Origin: Nitrososphaeria archaeon
GTDB taxonomy: Archaea > Thermoproteota > Nitrososphaeria > JACIWG01
Reading direction: 5' to 3'
DNA: 64,000 nucleotides
NCBI GenBank assembly: GCA_029776065.1
Contig: JARVJP010000009.1
Location: 452,514 to 516,513 of the forward strand
Shown one piece after another: positions 9,042 through 18,679 of the stretch (positions are counted from its first letter, which is position 1; each line of letters opens with the position of its first letter). Under the pieces are notes generated by a model. That model did no database searches, was not told where the DNA came from, and worked only from the letters and a program-made list of their open reading frames with translations. A program made the translations under genes and the position numbers.

Positions 9042-10343
9042 TTAAGGCGTTAGTCTCTTAGGGTCTCTTGGGTAAAGAATCGCCTCCCTGATATTCTTTA
9101 AGCCTGTGATGGCCATTAAAAGCCTGTCAACTCCAAGACCCCACCCTGAATGAGGTGGCATCCCGTAATCAAATGTTTGTATGTGTGACTTGAATTCATC
9201 TAGATTCAGATTCGAACTTTTTAGCCTTCGAATGAGTTCCTCTTTATCGCTTACTCTTTTCCCTCCTGAAGCTAGTTCTAGATAACCGTACATCAGGTCA
9301 AATGATTTAGATACCTTATTATCCCTTCTTTCTATATAGAAAGGTTTTATCACTACAGGCCAGTCGTATATAAAATAGAATTCTTTATAGACCTTCCCCA
9401 ATCTCCTTAGGTCATTGGTTTCAAGGTCTTCACCCCACTCTATTTTCTTCTTTCCCTTCAACCTCTCTACCGCTTCGGTGTAGGTTACCCTCTTGAATGG
9501 TCTTGTGGGAGAAGTAAGTGTTTTACCTAAAATCATCAATTCTTCTTCGTTCTCTCTCTTGACATCTTCTATTATGTTACATACCACCTCCTCAGCTATT
9601 TCCATAGACTCAAATTCGTTCATATACGCTGCCTCCATGTCTAAGCTCGTGAATTCACACACATGGCGAAGTGTGTTGGATTTCTCTGCCCTAAAGTACT
9701 GTGCAATTTCAAACACCTTTTCAAAGGATTCTGTAAGTTGTTCCTTGTAAAGCTGCGGGCTTTGGGCGAGGTAGGCACTTTGTTTGAAGTACTTCAGTGT
9801 AAATAGGTTTGCTCCACCTTCAGCTGCTTGGCCTATAAGCTTTGGTGTGTTAACTTCTATAAAGCCCAACCTATAGAACGTGTTTCTTATCGACTTTAGT
9901 AGTGTGTGCCTTATCTTGAAGATCGCAGCTGTTTTAGGGTTTCTAAGATCTAAAGCACGTGCATCTAATCTTTTATCAAGACTCGAAGCTACTCTCCCTG
10001 TTGGGTCTATTGGGAGGGGTGGATGTGCCTTGGATAATACTTCGAACTTCTTTGCCAATACCTCTTTTAAAACGTTCTTTGACCTACTCGGTTTGATCTC
10101 CCCAACAACTTCCACTATACTCTGTCTGTTTACCTCGTTCCCAACTCTAAAGACTTCATCTCCAACAGCATTCCTATTAAGGACTATCTGCGTTAGTCCA
10201 GTAAGGTCCCTTACTGTTATAAAACAGATCTTGCCTAATGGCCTTATATCTTCTATCCACCCTCTTATCGTGCAAAGTTGTCCCTCGTTTGCTTGAAACA
10301 CTTCCTTTGCGTATAATCTCTTAGGGCGCTGTTCTACGCTCAT
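9042..10343 (-). CDS. aspS: aspartyl-tRNA synthetase, archaeal/eukaryotic type
   Basis: 433 aa with class II motifs (FRAEKSNTLRHVCEFTSLDMEAAY; GGKRVSD; GLGVDRLLM) and an N-terminal OB anticodon-binding domain. Confidence 0.9.
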   Translation of the reverse strand: MSVEQRPKRLYAKEVFQANEGQLCTIRGWIEDIRPLGKICFITVRDLTGLTQIVLNRNAVGDEVFRVGNEVNRQSIVEVVGEIKPSRSKNVLKEVLAKKFEVLSKAHPPLPIDPTGRVASSLDKRLDARALDLRNPKTAAIFKIRHTLLKSIRNTFYRLGFIEVNTPKLIGQAAEGGANLFTLKYFKQSAYLAQSPQLYKEQLTESFEKVFEIAQYFRAEKSNTLRHVCEFTSLDMEAAYMNEFESMEIAEEVVCNIIEDVKRENEEELMILGKTLTSPTRPFKRVTYTEAVERLKGKKKIEWGEDLETNDLRRLGKVYKEFYFIYDWPVVIKPFYIERRDNKVSKSFDLMYGYLELASGGKRVSDKEELIRRLKSSNLNLDEFKSHIQTFDYGMPPHSGWGLGVDRLLMAITGLKNIREAILYPRDPKRLTP

Positions 10344-10839
10344 ATTCTATCATCACATCTAATCCTCTGAGGGTTTTCAGGACCCTCTTTATCACATTCT
10401 CATCGACTTTTCCTTCTAATCCTTTAAAAGATGGTAATACAACTTTTGTAAGCTTACTTCCATCAGGTAACCATACCATGTTCACTGTCAAGACCCTAAC
10501 TGGGTAAAAGACTTCTTCAAGGAGTTTTCTATCTGAGATGTCTGCTTCAAAGAGCCAGACCTTTGTTCCAAACGCTCTATTTATTGATTCTATTGATTGA
10601 GGGTTCATTCTAAGTGTTTTAAGATTTCCACTCCCTAAGAGTAGAATAATCTCTCCATTAGACCTCAGCGCTTTGACAAGGGTTAACTTATCTATGACTT
10701 TATCTTTTTCAGCTAGTTTTGTGAGCTTAACAGATGATTCGACATCTAATTGGGAAATCTGCCCTGCCTTTAGTTTTTTACTGTCTTCAGGGCATAGAGC
10801 TCCTGTCTTTGCGCAAAAGTTACATATAGGTGTCCTCAA
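10321..10839 (-). CDS. hypothetical protein, possibly a KH/NusA-like RNA-binding protein with an N-terminal Cys cluster
   Basis: CNFCAKTGALC at the N-terminus and LLLGSGNLKTL KH-like segments. This is only a weak motif-level impression. Confidence 0.25.
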   Translation of the reverse strand: MRTPICNFCAKTGALCPEDSKKLKAGQISQLDVESSVKLTKLAEKDKVIDKLTLVKALRSNGEIILLLGSGNLKTLRMNPQSIESINRAFGTKVWLFEADISDRKLLEEVFYPVRVLTVNMVWLPDGSKLTKVVLPSFKGLEGKVDENVIKRVLKTLRGLDVMIEYERRTAP

Positions 10840-10920
10840 ATATAATCATTAACGTTAGATTTCTAATAGTAAATAAGACTTTTGATTCTAAAAATAAAAA
10901 ATTTGGGCCGGCTTACCCAT

Positions 10921-11196
10921 TTACTTACCTATCTCGATAAGTATTGAGCTTACATTGCTCATTGTGCCAGTTTCAGCGTTTTTAACCTGCTCCGTATCTA
11001 TGGAGATGCTTTTAACCTTAACGTCGGTTGCAAATCTTTTCATAAGGATCTGTGCTGTGTCGACTGCTTTTGAGATAGCCCTTCCTCTTGCTTTAAGTGT
11101 AACTGACTCTGAACCATTTTGAATTAGAGTAAGACAGGCCAAAACGTAGTTCATTACCGGTTTCTTTCCAATTAATACAGTACTTGTTTCTGACAT
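10921..11196 (-). CDS. albA: DNA/RNA-binding protein Alba
   Basis: 91 aa: ...VMNYVLACLTLIQNGSESVTLKARGRAISKAVDTAQIL... is the typical Alba fold signature. Confidence 0.9.
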   Translation of the reverse strand: MSETSTVLIGKKPVMNYVLACLTLIQNGSESVTLKARGRAISKAVDTAQILMKRFATDVKVKSISIDTEQVKNAETGTMSNVSSILIEIGK

Positions 11197-11373
11197 TTGA
11201 ATCGCCGTTGTTCAACATCGATAAAGAAAACTATTCGTTTATATATGTTATGGTTGAAAGATAATATTCGAGTCTGTTGAAAGGCTTTGTAGATAGGCTT
11301 TCACCCTTGTACTTAGTTCCATACATAAAAAAGATAAAAAGCCCTGAATTAACCATCTTATGGATGATATGAT

Positions 11374-11541
11374 ATGCCGATTACAGATGCTATTAAGAAA
11401 CAGATAGCACAGAAGAGACGCCTTTTCTTTAAAATCTGTCTGAACTGTGGTTCAAAAAATAGTTTTCGAGCTGAGAGATGTAGGAAATGCGGGTCTAAGT
11501 CTCTAAGGTTAAAGAATAGGCAAGTAGGACCTAAAAAGTAA
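11374..11541 (+). CDS. rpl40e: 50S ribosomal protein L40e
   Basis: Not in the ORF track because it is only 55 aa. My translation is MPITDAIKKQIAQKRRLFFKICLNCGSKNSFRAERCRKCGSKSLRLKNRQVGPKK, which carries the C4 zinc-ribbon pattern and basic tail of L40e. Confidence 0.75.
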   Translation: MPITDAIKKQIAQKRRLFFKICLNCGSKNSFRAERCRKCGSKSLRLKNRQVGPKK

Positions 11542-11559
11542 GACGTTGTGCTTTAACAC

Positions 11560-11633
11560 GGGCCAGTGGTCTAGACTGGTAGGACGAATCCCTCACACGG
11601 ATTAGGTCGTCGGTTCAAGTCCGACCTGGCCCG
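11560..11633 (+). tRNA. tRNA-Val (anticodon CAC)
   Basis: Cloverleaf folded by eye: acceptor GGGCCAG/CTGGCCC, anticodon stem AATCC/GGATT, loop CTCACAC (U33, CAC, A37), T-arm GTCGG-TTCAAGT-CCGAC, discriminator G. No encoded CCA. Confidence 0.8.
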
Positions 11634-11785
11634 CTCAAATCGTTACTGTGTGAAATTTGACATCATCTGCAAATTCAACTTGATTTATCCTCAAGCAAGA
11701 TTGAAGAGTCAGATACAGTAGGTTACGTTCTTATTATATAAGGTTATATTAGGTCCATAATCTAAGTTAAATGTAAACTTTATAA

Positions 11786-12256
11786 GTGAAATGTCTCACC
11801 TTAAATAATATGGCACAGTATCGTCATCCTGATCTCGAATCGGCTCGTACCCTAATATTTGTGGCGTGGATATTCGCAATATTAGGGTTCATAGCTGATG
11901 TATTTTTACTGGTCCTACTTTGGTGGACTATAATAGGCGCGATATTCCCAATTATAGGGATATGGGTTTTCTCCAGAATTAATAATATAAAGGCAGCTTT
12001 GGACAAAGGGGATGTAGAAACTGCGTCAAAGTTGAATACGACCCTATTTGGCATAATCGCCATCTTCTTTGGTGGGGTAGTGCCAGGAATCCTACTTTTA
12101 GTTGCTAAAGGAAACATAGATAGAGTTACATCTCAACGGATACCAACACCACCAACTCCTTCATTTATCACTGAGACGTATTGCACCTATTGTGGTGTAA
12201 AGAACCCTATTGATGCAAAATATTGTAAAGCATGCGGTAAAGAACTTAAGAAATGA
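11786..12256 (+). CDS. membrane protein with a C-terminal cytoplasmic zinc ribbon
   Basis: Four hydrophobic helices then CTYCGVKNPIDAKYCKACGKELKK. Same architecture as the ORF at 37490..37933. Confidence 0.45.
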   Translation: MKCLTLNNMAQYRHPDLESARTLIFVAWIFAILGFIADVFLLVLLWWTIIGAIFPIIGIWVFSRINNIKAALDKGDVETASKLNTTLFGIIAIFFGGVVPGILLLVAKGNIDRVTSQRIPTPPTPSFITETYCTYCGVKNPIDAKYCKACGKELKK

Positions 12257-12356
12257 TTCAACATAGAAATCATCATGCAATTTCTATCCGATTCAAAGGT
12301 AATCAACTATTTCAATTAAATTTAAATAAGTCATTTTTTATCCTCACAATAGGAAA

Positions 12357-12908
12357 ATGTCTACCTTTATACCGACAAAATTCTTCTTGACGAAAGGGGT
12401 TGGCGTGCACAAGGATAAATTATCTAGTTTTGAACTGGCCTTAAGGGACGCTGGTATACAACACTGCAATCTTGTCTCCGTATCAAGTATTATACCCCCA
12501 AAAGCTAAGCAGATACCAAAGAAGGAGGGGTTGAACTACATAAAACCTGGCCAGATAATATATGTCGTTATAAGTAGGAATGAAACCAATGAACCCAATC
12601 GTTTGATCTCTGCTTCAATTGGCCTAGCCATTCCCCAGGACAAGAACATGTATGGTTACCTATCAGAGTTTCACTCTTATGGTATGACCGGCGAAAAGAG
12701 TGGGGACTACGCAGAAGACCTGGCTGCCTACATGTTAGCCTCAACTCTAGGACTTGAAATTGACCCTGATAAAGGCTATGATGAGCAGAAGGAGCTGTGG
12801 CGTATCTCAGGAAAGATAGTCAAGACTTCAAACATTACCCAGTCTATGGAAGGCGATAAGAACGGAAAATGGACTACAGTTGTCGCTGCTGCAGTGCTTC
12901 TGCCATAG
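12357..12908 (+). CDS. pdaD: pyruvoyl-dependent arginine decarboxylase
   Basis: [11 protein letters not shown] and [10 protein letters not shown] align with the PdaD self-cleavage (Ser-Ser) region and core; 183 aa. Confidence 0.8.
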   Translation: MSTFIPTKFFLTKGVGVHKDKLSSFELALRDAGIQHCNLVSVSSIIPPKAKQIPKKEGLNYIKPGQIIYVVISRNETNEPNRLISASIGLAIPQDKNMYGYLSEFHSYGMTGEKSGDYAEDLAAYMLASTLGLEIDPDKGYDEQKELWRISGKIVKTSNITQSMEGDKNGKWTTVVAAAVLLP

Positions 12909-12959
12909 TTATCCTATACTTTTTTATATAGTTCCAAAGAAGCTTAAGAGGATAAGTAC

Positions 12960-13262
12960 ATGCCTAAGGAGATACAAGATCCTAAGGACTTTGGAAAACT
13001 CGCTTTAGGAGCTGGCCAGATTACTATAGTTTGGAAGGAAGATCTTGCAAAGGTAAAGGCGAGAGTTGGCTCATACCTCTATACCTGCAAGATGCCTTTT
13101 GAAATGGTTGAAAAGTTTCTATCCGGATTTAAAGGGCAGGTTAAGGAAATAAATAAAAGACCCGAGCAAGGAGTAAAGATAAAGAAGTCACGGAAACGGA
13201 AAGCAAAACAGGTATCGGAAGACCAGGAAGCATCCGATGTTTCTCAAGAAGCTTCAAAGTGA
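12960..13262 (+). CDS. rpl38e: ribosomal protein L38e-like
   Basis: MPKEIQDPKDFGKL...RVGSYLYTCKMPFEMVEKF matches the L38e N-terminal pattern (MPKxIxxxKDF...YLYT). It has a lysine-rich C-terminal tail. Confidence 0.55.
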   Translation: MPKEIQDPKDFGKLALGAGQITIVWKEDLAKVKARVGSYLYTCKMPFEMVEKFLSGFKGQVKEINKRPEQGVKIKKSRKRKAKQVSEDQEASDVSQEASK

Positions 13263-13941
13263 CCCATATCCCTATTTTTAACGAAATCAAAGCTAAGACT
13301 GCGATGAAGATCCCGCCACTACTATAGGCAAACCCTACTGAAAGCGAGTAAAACAAGACATCTCCAAGGCCAACTTCTATTGAACCCACCCTTAATAATA
13401 AAGGTGCTACAACCTTTCCATGGGTTGATTGTGCGAGATGTTTTAAAGGACCTTTAAAAACGTCGTATATATCAAATAAGGAGAAACCTATCAATAGAAC
13501 TCCAACAGCAACATCTGAGAACATGACCTTAATCAAAAAGGCGCTAGCCCCTGTCAACCATAAAGATATCGCTATAGAAACCATTTTCCAATCTTTAATA
13601 AAAGAAGCATAAGATATAACCATTACAAGTATACTCAAACCTGTGACTAAAGTCTCTTGTTCAAAGGTTATCTCTGTAGATAATAGGAGAACAGTAATCC
13701 AAACCAATGCTCCACATAATATTGCTTTAACCCCTGCTATAAAGTACAAGAACTTGATCATTCTTTTTTTGATGATCCAAACGAAAAGAAATGAGAAGAT
13801 TGATGAGATGGCTACTAAGTAGAGCATGTTTCCCATCGCGATAAACGGATCTGTCGTCTCAGGGATAAGGGGTCCTTGGTATAACTGGTTTGCAAAGATC
13901 AATAGGCTCAACGTTAAGAGCTCAGATACTAAGACAAGCAA
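13141..13941 (-). CDS. presenilin / signal-peptide-peptidase-like intramembrane aspartyl protease
   Basis: Multi-TM protein with a YD motif (FSLFDIYDVF), a GxGD motif (VGLGDVLFYS) and a PAL-like segment (MLPGLPIP) in the canonical order. Confidence 0.6.
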   Translation of the reverse strand: MLVLVSELLTLSLLIFANQLYQGPLIPETTDPFIAMGNMLYLVAISSIFSFLFVWIIKKRMIKFLYFIAGVKAILCGALVWITVLLLSTEITFEQETLVTGLSILVMVISYASFIKDWKMVSIAISLWLTGASAFLIKVMFSDVAVGVLLIGFSLFDIYDVFKGPLKHLAQSTHGKVVAPLLLRVGSIEVGLGDVLFYSLSVGFAYSSGGIFIAVLALISLKIGIWVTLKLLEKHRMLPGLPIPVLLSVSVTSLSLLLARVFYLFP

Positions 13942-13972
13942 TGAAAGCTTGTAGAAGACTTTGAAAGCCTAT

Positions 13973-14527
13973 TCACCCTCTGCTCTTTAATTTCTCTTTA
14001 CAAGAGTTACACAGTAATGGGAGCTTGTCGTCTACCTCCTTGATCGAGTTAGCAAACGACATTATACACGTGGTTTCAAAACAGTGGGTCAATCCGAGAA
14101 GATGCCCTATTTCATGAGCACTTTCCTTGAAGACCCTTTCTTCAACGGTTTTCAAACCTAGATGTATTCCTAAAGGTAAAATTGTTAGCCTTGCAAAGGA
14201 TAAAACAGATGCCTTTTTTACTGTATTAGTCACGCCAAATACATAATTCATTTTAGGCATAGATATGTCAACAGTTGTGATACCGAGGGCCTTTCCTTTT
14301 TTGTCTACGTCTCTTCTAGCCACGATTCTGTCGATGATCATATCTGCTTTATACTGCTTTCTCATCACATCGTATTCTTGAGCGGACAACGATATGACTT
14401 CTAATGACACATCTGGTTCTTTATCGTAGAACCTTATTGCTGCCTCTATTTGGGTCATATATTTGTAACCGTCCATGCTATGTACAGGGTAGACAGCTAC
14501 CTTCTCTTTATAACTCATATTCTCCAC
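13973..14527 (-). CDS. amzA: archaemetzincin
   Basis: HEIGHLLGLTHC (HExxHxxGxxHC) plus a C-terminal CxxC motif; 184 aa. Confidence 0.85.
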   Translation of the reverse strand: MENMSYKEKVAVYPVHSMDGYKYMTQIEAAIRFYDKEPDVSLEVISLSAQEYDVMRKQYKADMIIDRIVARRDVDKKGKALGITTVDISMPKMNYVFGVTNTVKKASVLSFARLTILPLGIHLGLKTVEERVFKESAHEIGHLLGLTHCFETTCIMSFANSIKEVDDKLPLLCNSCKEKLKSRG

Positions 14528-15767
14528 CAGCCTTGGGCGCTACTGCATCTAAGCCAAATTTCTCTTTTATATCTTTTGCAAAGTTTACGCAGTTTTCTTC
14601 TTCCCCATGCATTGTAAAAACCTTTGGGCTTCCTTTGATCCTTTTTATCATGTCAAAAAGCTCACTCCTACCACTATGCGATGAGAAGTTAAAGTTCCTC
14701 ACTTCTGCCTTTACCTTCTGAGGTTTTCCATTAATCAAAGATATCTTGCTTTCTAGAAGTTGTCTGCCAGGAGTTCCTTTGACTTGATAGGACACAAAGG
14801 AAATACCATTCTTCGGGTTCTCGCTTATTTTTTCATTATAGAATGCAGCTGCTCCACCAACCAACATCCCAGCGGGTGAAATTATGACACATCTGTCTTT
14901 TACGATTCTTTTCCTATCCTTCCATCCCTCAACCCTTTTTAACCAGTTAAGAGTTTTTGCGAAGAGCTGTATATCTCGAACGTAATCCCCATGCCTTAGA
15001 AGGATTTCGTTGGTTTTAAGCGCCATTCCATCCATGTAGACATCATGGTTAAACTTCTCCTTGTAAAGTACCATCGCAATTTCTTGAGCCCTTCCAACGG
15101 CGAATGCAGGCGCAAGAAGGGTTCCACCACCCTCTACAATTTCGCGTGCATATTCTACAAAACTTTTTTCAACCTTCTCTCTATTAGGGTGCTCTTGTAA
15201 TGCATATGTGCTTTCAGTTATTAAAATGTCGACCTCTCCTAGATCTATATCCGCTCCTCTTAAGAGGCTGGTCTTCCTTGCATTAATATCACCTGTGTAG
15301 ACAACTCTCTTCCCATCTATCTCAATAAGGGCTATTCCAGCTCCAGGAAGGTGTCCACCCTCCTTAAACGAGATCGAGGCGTCTTTCAAGTTCACTTTTT
15401 TATTGAAAGAAATAGGGTTAAGGTTTTTTCTGGTGTTTAAGAGATCTATGTATTCGTATGGTAAGTAAAAACCTGAAAGGTTGATAAAATCTTCTATTAA
15501 GAGTTCTGTCAACTCGAAGGTTAGATTAGTTGTTACTAGGGGTATGGATTCGTCTATATAAATGAGCGGTATGGCACCTGAATGATCCAAGTGAGCATGT
15601 GTAAGAATTACACCATTAACTAACTTAGGTTGTACATGTATTGGGAACCCCGGTTCTTCTCTTGAGAGCATTACTCCATAGTCTAATAATAGACTGGTTT
15701 TCTCGCCACTTAAAAGGACACCTGACTTGCCAACTTGTCGAGTGCCACCTAGGAATTTTAATCGCAT
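14508..15767 (-). CDS. beta-CASP metallo-beta-lactamase fold ribonuclease (aCPSF2-like)
   Basis: HAHLDHSGA MBL motif, no KH domains, 419 aa. It overlaps amzA by 20 nt in tandem. Confidence 0.8.
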   Translation of the reverse strand: MRLKFLGGTRQVGKSGVLLSGEKTSLLLDYGVMLSREEPGFPIHVQPKLVNGVILTHAHLDHSGAIPLIYIDESIPLVTTNLTFELTELLIEDFINLSGFYLPYEYIDLLNTRKNLNPISFNKKVNLKDASISFKEGGHLPGAGIALIEIDGKRVVYTGDINARKTSLLRGADIDLGEVDILITESTYALQEHPNREKVEKSFVEYAREIVEGGGTLLAPAFAVGRAQEIAMVLYKEKFNHDVYMDGMALKTNEILLRHGDYVRDIQLFAKTLNWLKRVEGWKDRKRIVKDRCVIISPAGMLVGGAAAFYNEKISENPKNGISFVSYQVKGTPGRQLLESKISLINGKPQKVKAEVRNFNFSSHSGRSELFDMIKRIKGSPKVFTMHGEEENCVNFAKDIKEKFGLDAVAPKAGGEYEL

Positions 15768-15822
15768 ATTGTTTATATCAGCATAGACATCATTTTATAC
15801 ATCTTTAACTATTTCCCTTGCG

Positions 15823-16533
15823 ATGGTAATAAAGATCTATGCAAATGATGAAAAGTTTGAGGGCTGCTCTTTAATTACTGGTTTTCATGGTATAGGTTTT
15901 ACTGGGTACTGGAGCGTCAAGTTTCTTATACAACAGTTAAAGGCAGAACGCGTTGGTTTTGTTGAGAGCATTTTCTCCCCTCCAATATGCACTATTCATG
16001 ACAGAAAGATAGTCACACCATTTGAACTTTACAGAAAAGACAAACTTGTCTTCTTTAAGGCGGAAGTTTCTCCTCCAAGAGAAAAGGAATATAGCTTTTA
16101 TAGCAAGTTAGCTGACTGGATTGCCTCCTCTGGGTTTAAAGAGGCTTTTCTGATAGGAGGGTTAGATTCTTCCCTTAAAGTTGATAACACTTCTTATCGC
16201 CTAGTTCACACAAGTAAGTATGTAATGCCAGAAGTGTTAAAGGACTCCCTGATATTAGAAGACGATCGCTTAATAGTTGGACCAATTGCAATCCTCCTGA
16301 ATCATTTTGAAGCTATCGGTTTTCCTACGCTCTCTGTTCTCTCATTTGCTGCGCAAAACCGTCTTGATCCTAGAGCCTGCGCAGAAGCTTTATCAGTTTT
16401 TTCTAAAGTTTACGATGTTACGATTGATGTTAAACCGTTGATAGAAGGTGCTGAGGCAATAGAGGCAGAGCTTGCTAAACCTGCAGTTAAGGAAGAAGGG
16501 TCTGGAAAAGAGTTAGGGTCATTCTATTCATAA
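15823..16533 (+). CDS. PAC2-family proteasome assembly chaperone-like protein
   Basis: ITGFHGIGFTGY motif typical of PAC2/PbaA; 236 aa. Confidence 0.55.
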   Translation: MVIKIYANDEKFEGCSLITGFHGIGFTGYWSVKFLIQQLKAERVGFVESIFSPPICTIHDRKIVTPFELYRKDKLVFFKAEVSPPREKEYSFYSKLADWIASSGFKEAFLIGGLDSSLKVDNTSYRLVHTSKYVMPEVLKDSLILEDDRLIVGPIAILLNHFEAIGFPTLSVLSFAAQNRLDPRACAEALSVFSKVYDVTIDVKPLIEGAEAIEAELAKPAVKEEGSGKELGSFYS

Positions 16534-18096
16534 ACTGGTAAACTCTTTTAGGATGCGTTCGGTTTGTCTGTCAGTTACCACTTTCTTTGCTTGAATTGTC
16601 TTCTCTTTTGTAAACCAATTTATTATTTGCTTATATTTGTCATTTGAGTGATCTATTAGCAATACTTTTTTAAATTTATACTTTGAGAGGAACTGTTTAA
16701 ACTTCCTTATGGACATCTTCTCCATTTCTTTATCTAATGGTAACGATATATCGTATTGTGAAAAAGGGTAGATGTCACATACCTCGATTGGAGCTATCGC
16801 TATAGGAAGGGGCGCTACGCAAAATTGTATTTCTTCAGAATTCATTCCAACTTCTTTTTCAAAGGTATTTCTTAGGTTATAAAGAAATGTATGATCATTT
16901 GTCTTAGAAAAGTACACAACCAAGCTTTTTTTGTTGATTTTAATATTTCTTATTAACCGTTTGTAGGCGTTCTCTACCTCCGGTCTGTGTTCGTCAGGGG
17001 TGCTACATAAGTAAAGCCCGCAGCTCTTAAAGAGGGGCGTTCCTTCTCCGAGGTACTCCTTGATTTTGCTGAAGTGCTTAAACGCTGTCCATGCCCTAGG
17101 ATGTGCTCTTGACTTTGCGGCGACGTACTCCCAAAGCCTTCCTTCATATATGGCCTGCTTTATGCTTTTAATTTCTCTTGAAAGTACATGTAGGTTATGT
17201 AAAGCTAATAATCTAACCCTATCTTTGCTGTTCTTTAATTCTCCTACAAAATATTTTGAGCATACTTCGCATTCGCAGGTTAAGTATTTTAAATCGTCTA
17301 GATACTTCGTCCCACTTTCCGTCATGTAAGCCCCTCTTTTCGCATAGAGTATGTATGATGCTGAATCAAACAAGTCGCATCCTAAGGCTACGGCTATAGG
17401 AAGGGTTAACGGGTGTCCTGCTCCAAAGAGGTGGAGGGGTTTGTCTAAAGGTAGGTTTCTCTTGGCAGCAAGGATCATGTATAAAAGTTGTTCAAGATCA
17501 TACTGCTCCATTACCTGGGTGGGGCTTCCAAGTGCGTATACGTCGAAGTTGAGCTTTGACATTTCTTTCGCGCTTTTCTCTATAAGGTCGTAGAAAACTC
17601 CGCCTTGAATTGGCCCTGTCCAAAGAATGTTTTTGTCTTTGAATAAAGGTATCGATCTTATCGCTGCATCAATAGTTTTGCTTACTGTTTCCTCTGCCCT
17701 TTTCTTATTTCTTGTGAGGCCCGTTGGGGTGTCTAATATCACCCCTATGTCACTTCCTATATTCGTTTCAAAATTTATTATCTCCTCTGGGGTCGTATCA
17801 ACCTCTCCATATTCGAGTAGTTGGTAGGCTCCAGAATCTGTCATTACGGTTTTCTTATAATTTAGTAAATCGTGTACTTCAAACGTTCGTCCAATAGCTT
17901 TACTCTTCTTTAGAATCAGATAAGAGTTTGTCATTAATGCGTTATACCCCATCCTTTCCATTTCGATCGGTTTTACAATTTGATTGAAGGGGTGTATTAC
18001 TGGGAGAACAGCGGGTGTCTCTACTACACCACTTTTGGTTTTAAGATACCCCAGCCTAGCCGCTAGGTCTGTCTTCCTTACTTCAAAAGTTGGCAT
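16528..18096 (-). CDS. tgtA: archaeosine tRNA-guanine transglycosylase
   Basis: TGT catalytic core (DSGAYQ..), zinc site CECEVCSKY, and C-terminal extension domains; 522 aa. Confidence 0.85.
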   Translation of the reverse strand: MPTFEVRKTDLAARLGYLKTKSGVVETPAVLPVIHPFNQIVKPIEMERMGYNALMTNSYLILKKSKAIGRTFEVHDLLNYKKTVMTDSGAYQLLEYGEVDTTPEEIINFETNIGSDIGVILDTPTGLTRNKKRAEETVSKTIDAAIRSIPLFKDKNILWTGPIQGGVFYDLIEKSAKEMSKLNFDVYALGSPTQVMEQYDLEQLLYMILAAKRNLPLDKPLHLFGAGHPLTLPIAVALGCDLFDSASYILYAKRGAYMTESGTKYLDDLKYLTCECEVCSKYFVGELKNSKDRVRLLALHNLHVLSREIKSIKQAIYEGRLWEYVAAKSRAHPRAWTAFKHFSKIKEYLGEGTPLFKSCGLYLCSTPDEHRPEVENAYKRLIRNIKINKKSLVVYFSKTNDHTFLYNLRNTFEKEVGMNSEEIQFCVAPLPIAIAPIEVCDIYPFSQYDISLPLDKEMEKMSIRKFKQFLSKYKFKKVLLIDHSNDKYKQIINWFTKEKTIQAKKVVTDRQTERILKEFTSL

Positions 18097-18100
18097 CTGA

Positions 18101-18520
18101 TCATTGCCTTTTGGTCGTTTCTCTTAAATATTCTTCGTATATCTCTCTAACCCTAATAGTTGCTAAACCCGATCCTTCTACTCCTTTATCTGTCACCTTT
18201 ATTTTATCCATTACTAGAATTGCTCCTAATTCTTCTATTAATTTGACATTATTCGGGAAGACCTTCTCAAGTTTATTAGCTAAGGCTCTTAGGTCAAAAA
18301 GTTTTTCAGTTAGTTCGATTTTCTTAACAAAACTACCATTAATAACTAGTTTAGTGATGTTCTCTTCACCGGACAAGTTACTCAATATAATATTAAGATC
18401 TTCATTTATCCCGGAAAGTTGTCCACTGTATTTTATCCCATCCATGGTTTCGATTAAGACCTTTTTGCCAACTAGGTTTGCCAACTCTTCCGCAAATTTC
18501 TTAGTCGCTATAGAAGACAT
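18101..18520 (-). CDS. Sm-like (LSm) protein with a C-terminal extension
   Basis: KVLIETMDGIKYSGQLSGINEDLNIILSN Sm1/Sm2-like motifs. Confidence 0.55.
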   Translation of the reverse strand: MSSIATKKFAEELANLVGKKVLIETMDGIKYSGQLSGINEDLNIILSNLSGEENITKLVINGSFVKKIELTEKLFDLRALANKLEKVFPNNVKLIEELGAILVMDKIKVTDKGVEGSGLATIRVREIYEEYLRETTKRQ

Positions 18521-18679
18521 TTACACTCTCTACATTAGCTACTTTCAAGTCGTATTTTAAACTTGTTCATCTCTCCCTCCTTTATTATGCTATGTCAAAA
18601 CTTTCATACAGTTGATAAGATGAAATGTTCGAAACGCAGTTAGATGTCATAAATGTACACTCACTCACTCTAACTCCTT

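Noticed and set aside
9493-10296. plus-strand ORFs of 85 and 138 aa
   Set aside because: Antisense to aspS, which has unmistakable class II synthetase motifs.
17060-17827. three plus-strand ORFs (66-89 aa)
   Set aside because: They are antisense within tgtA.
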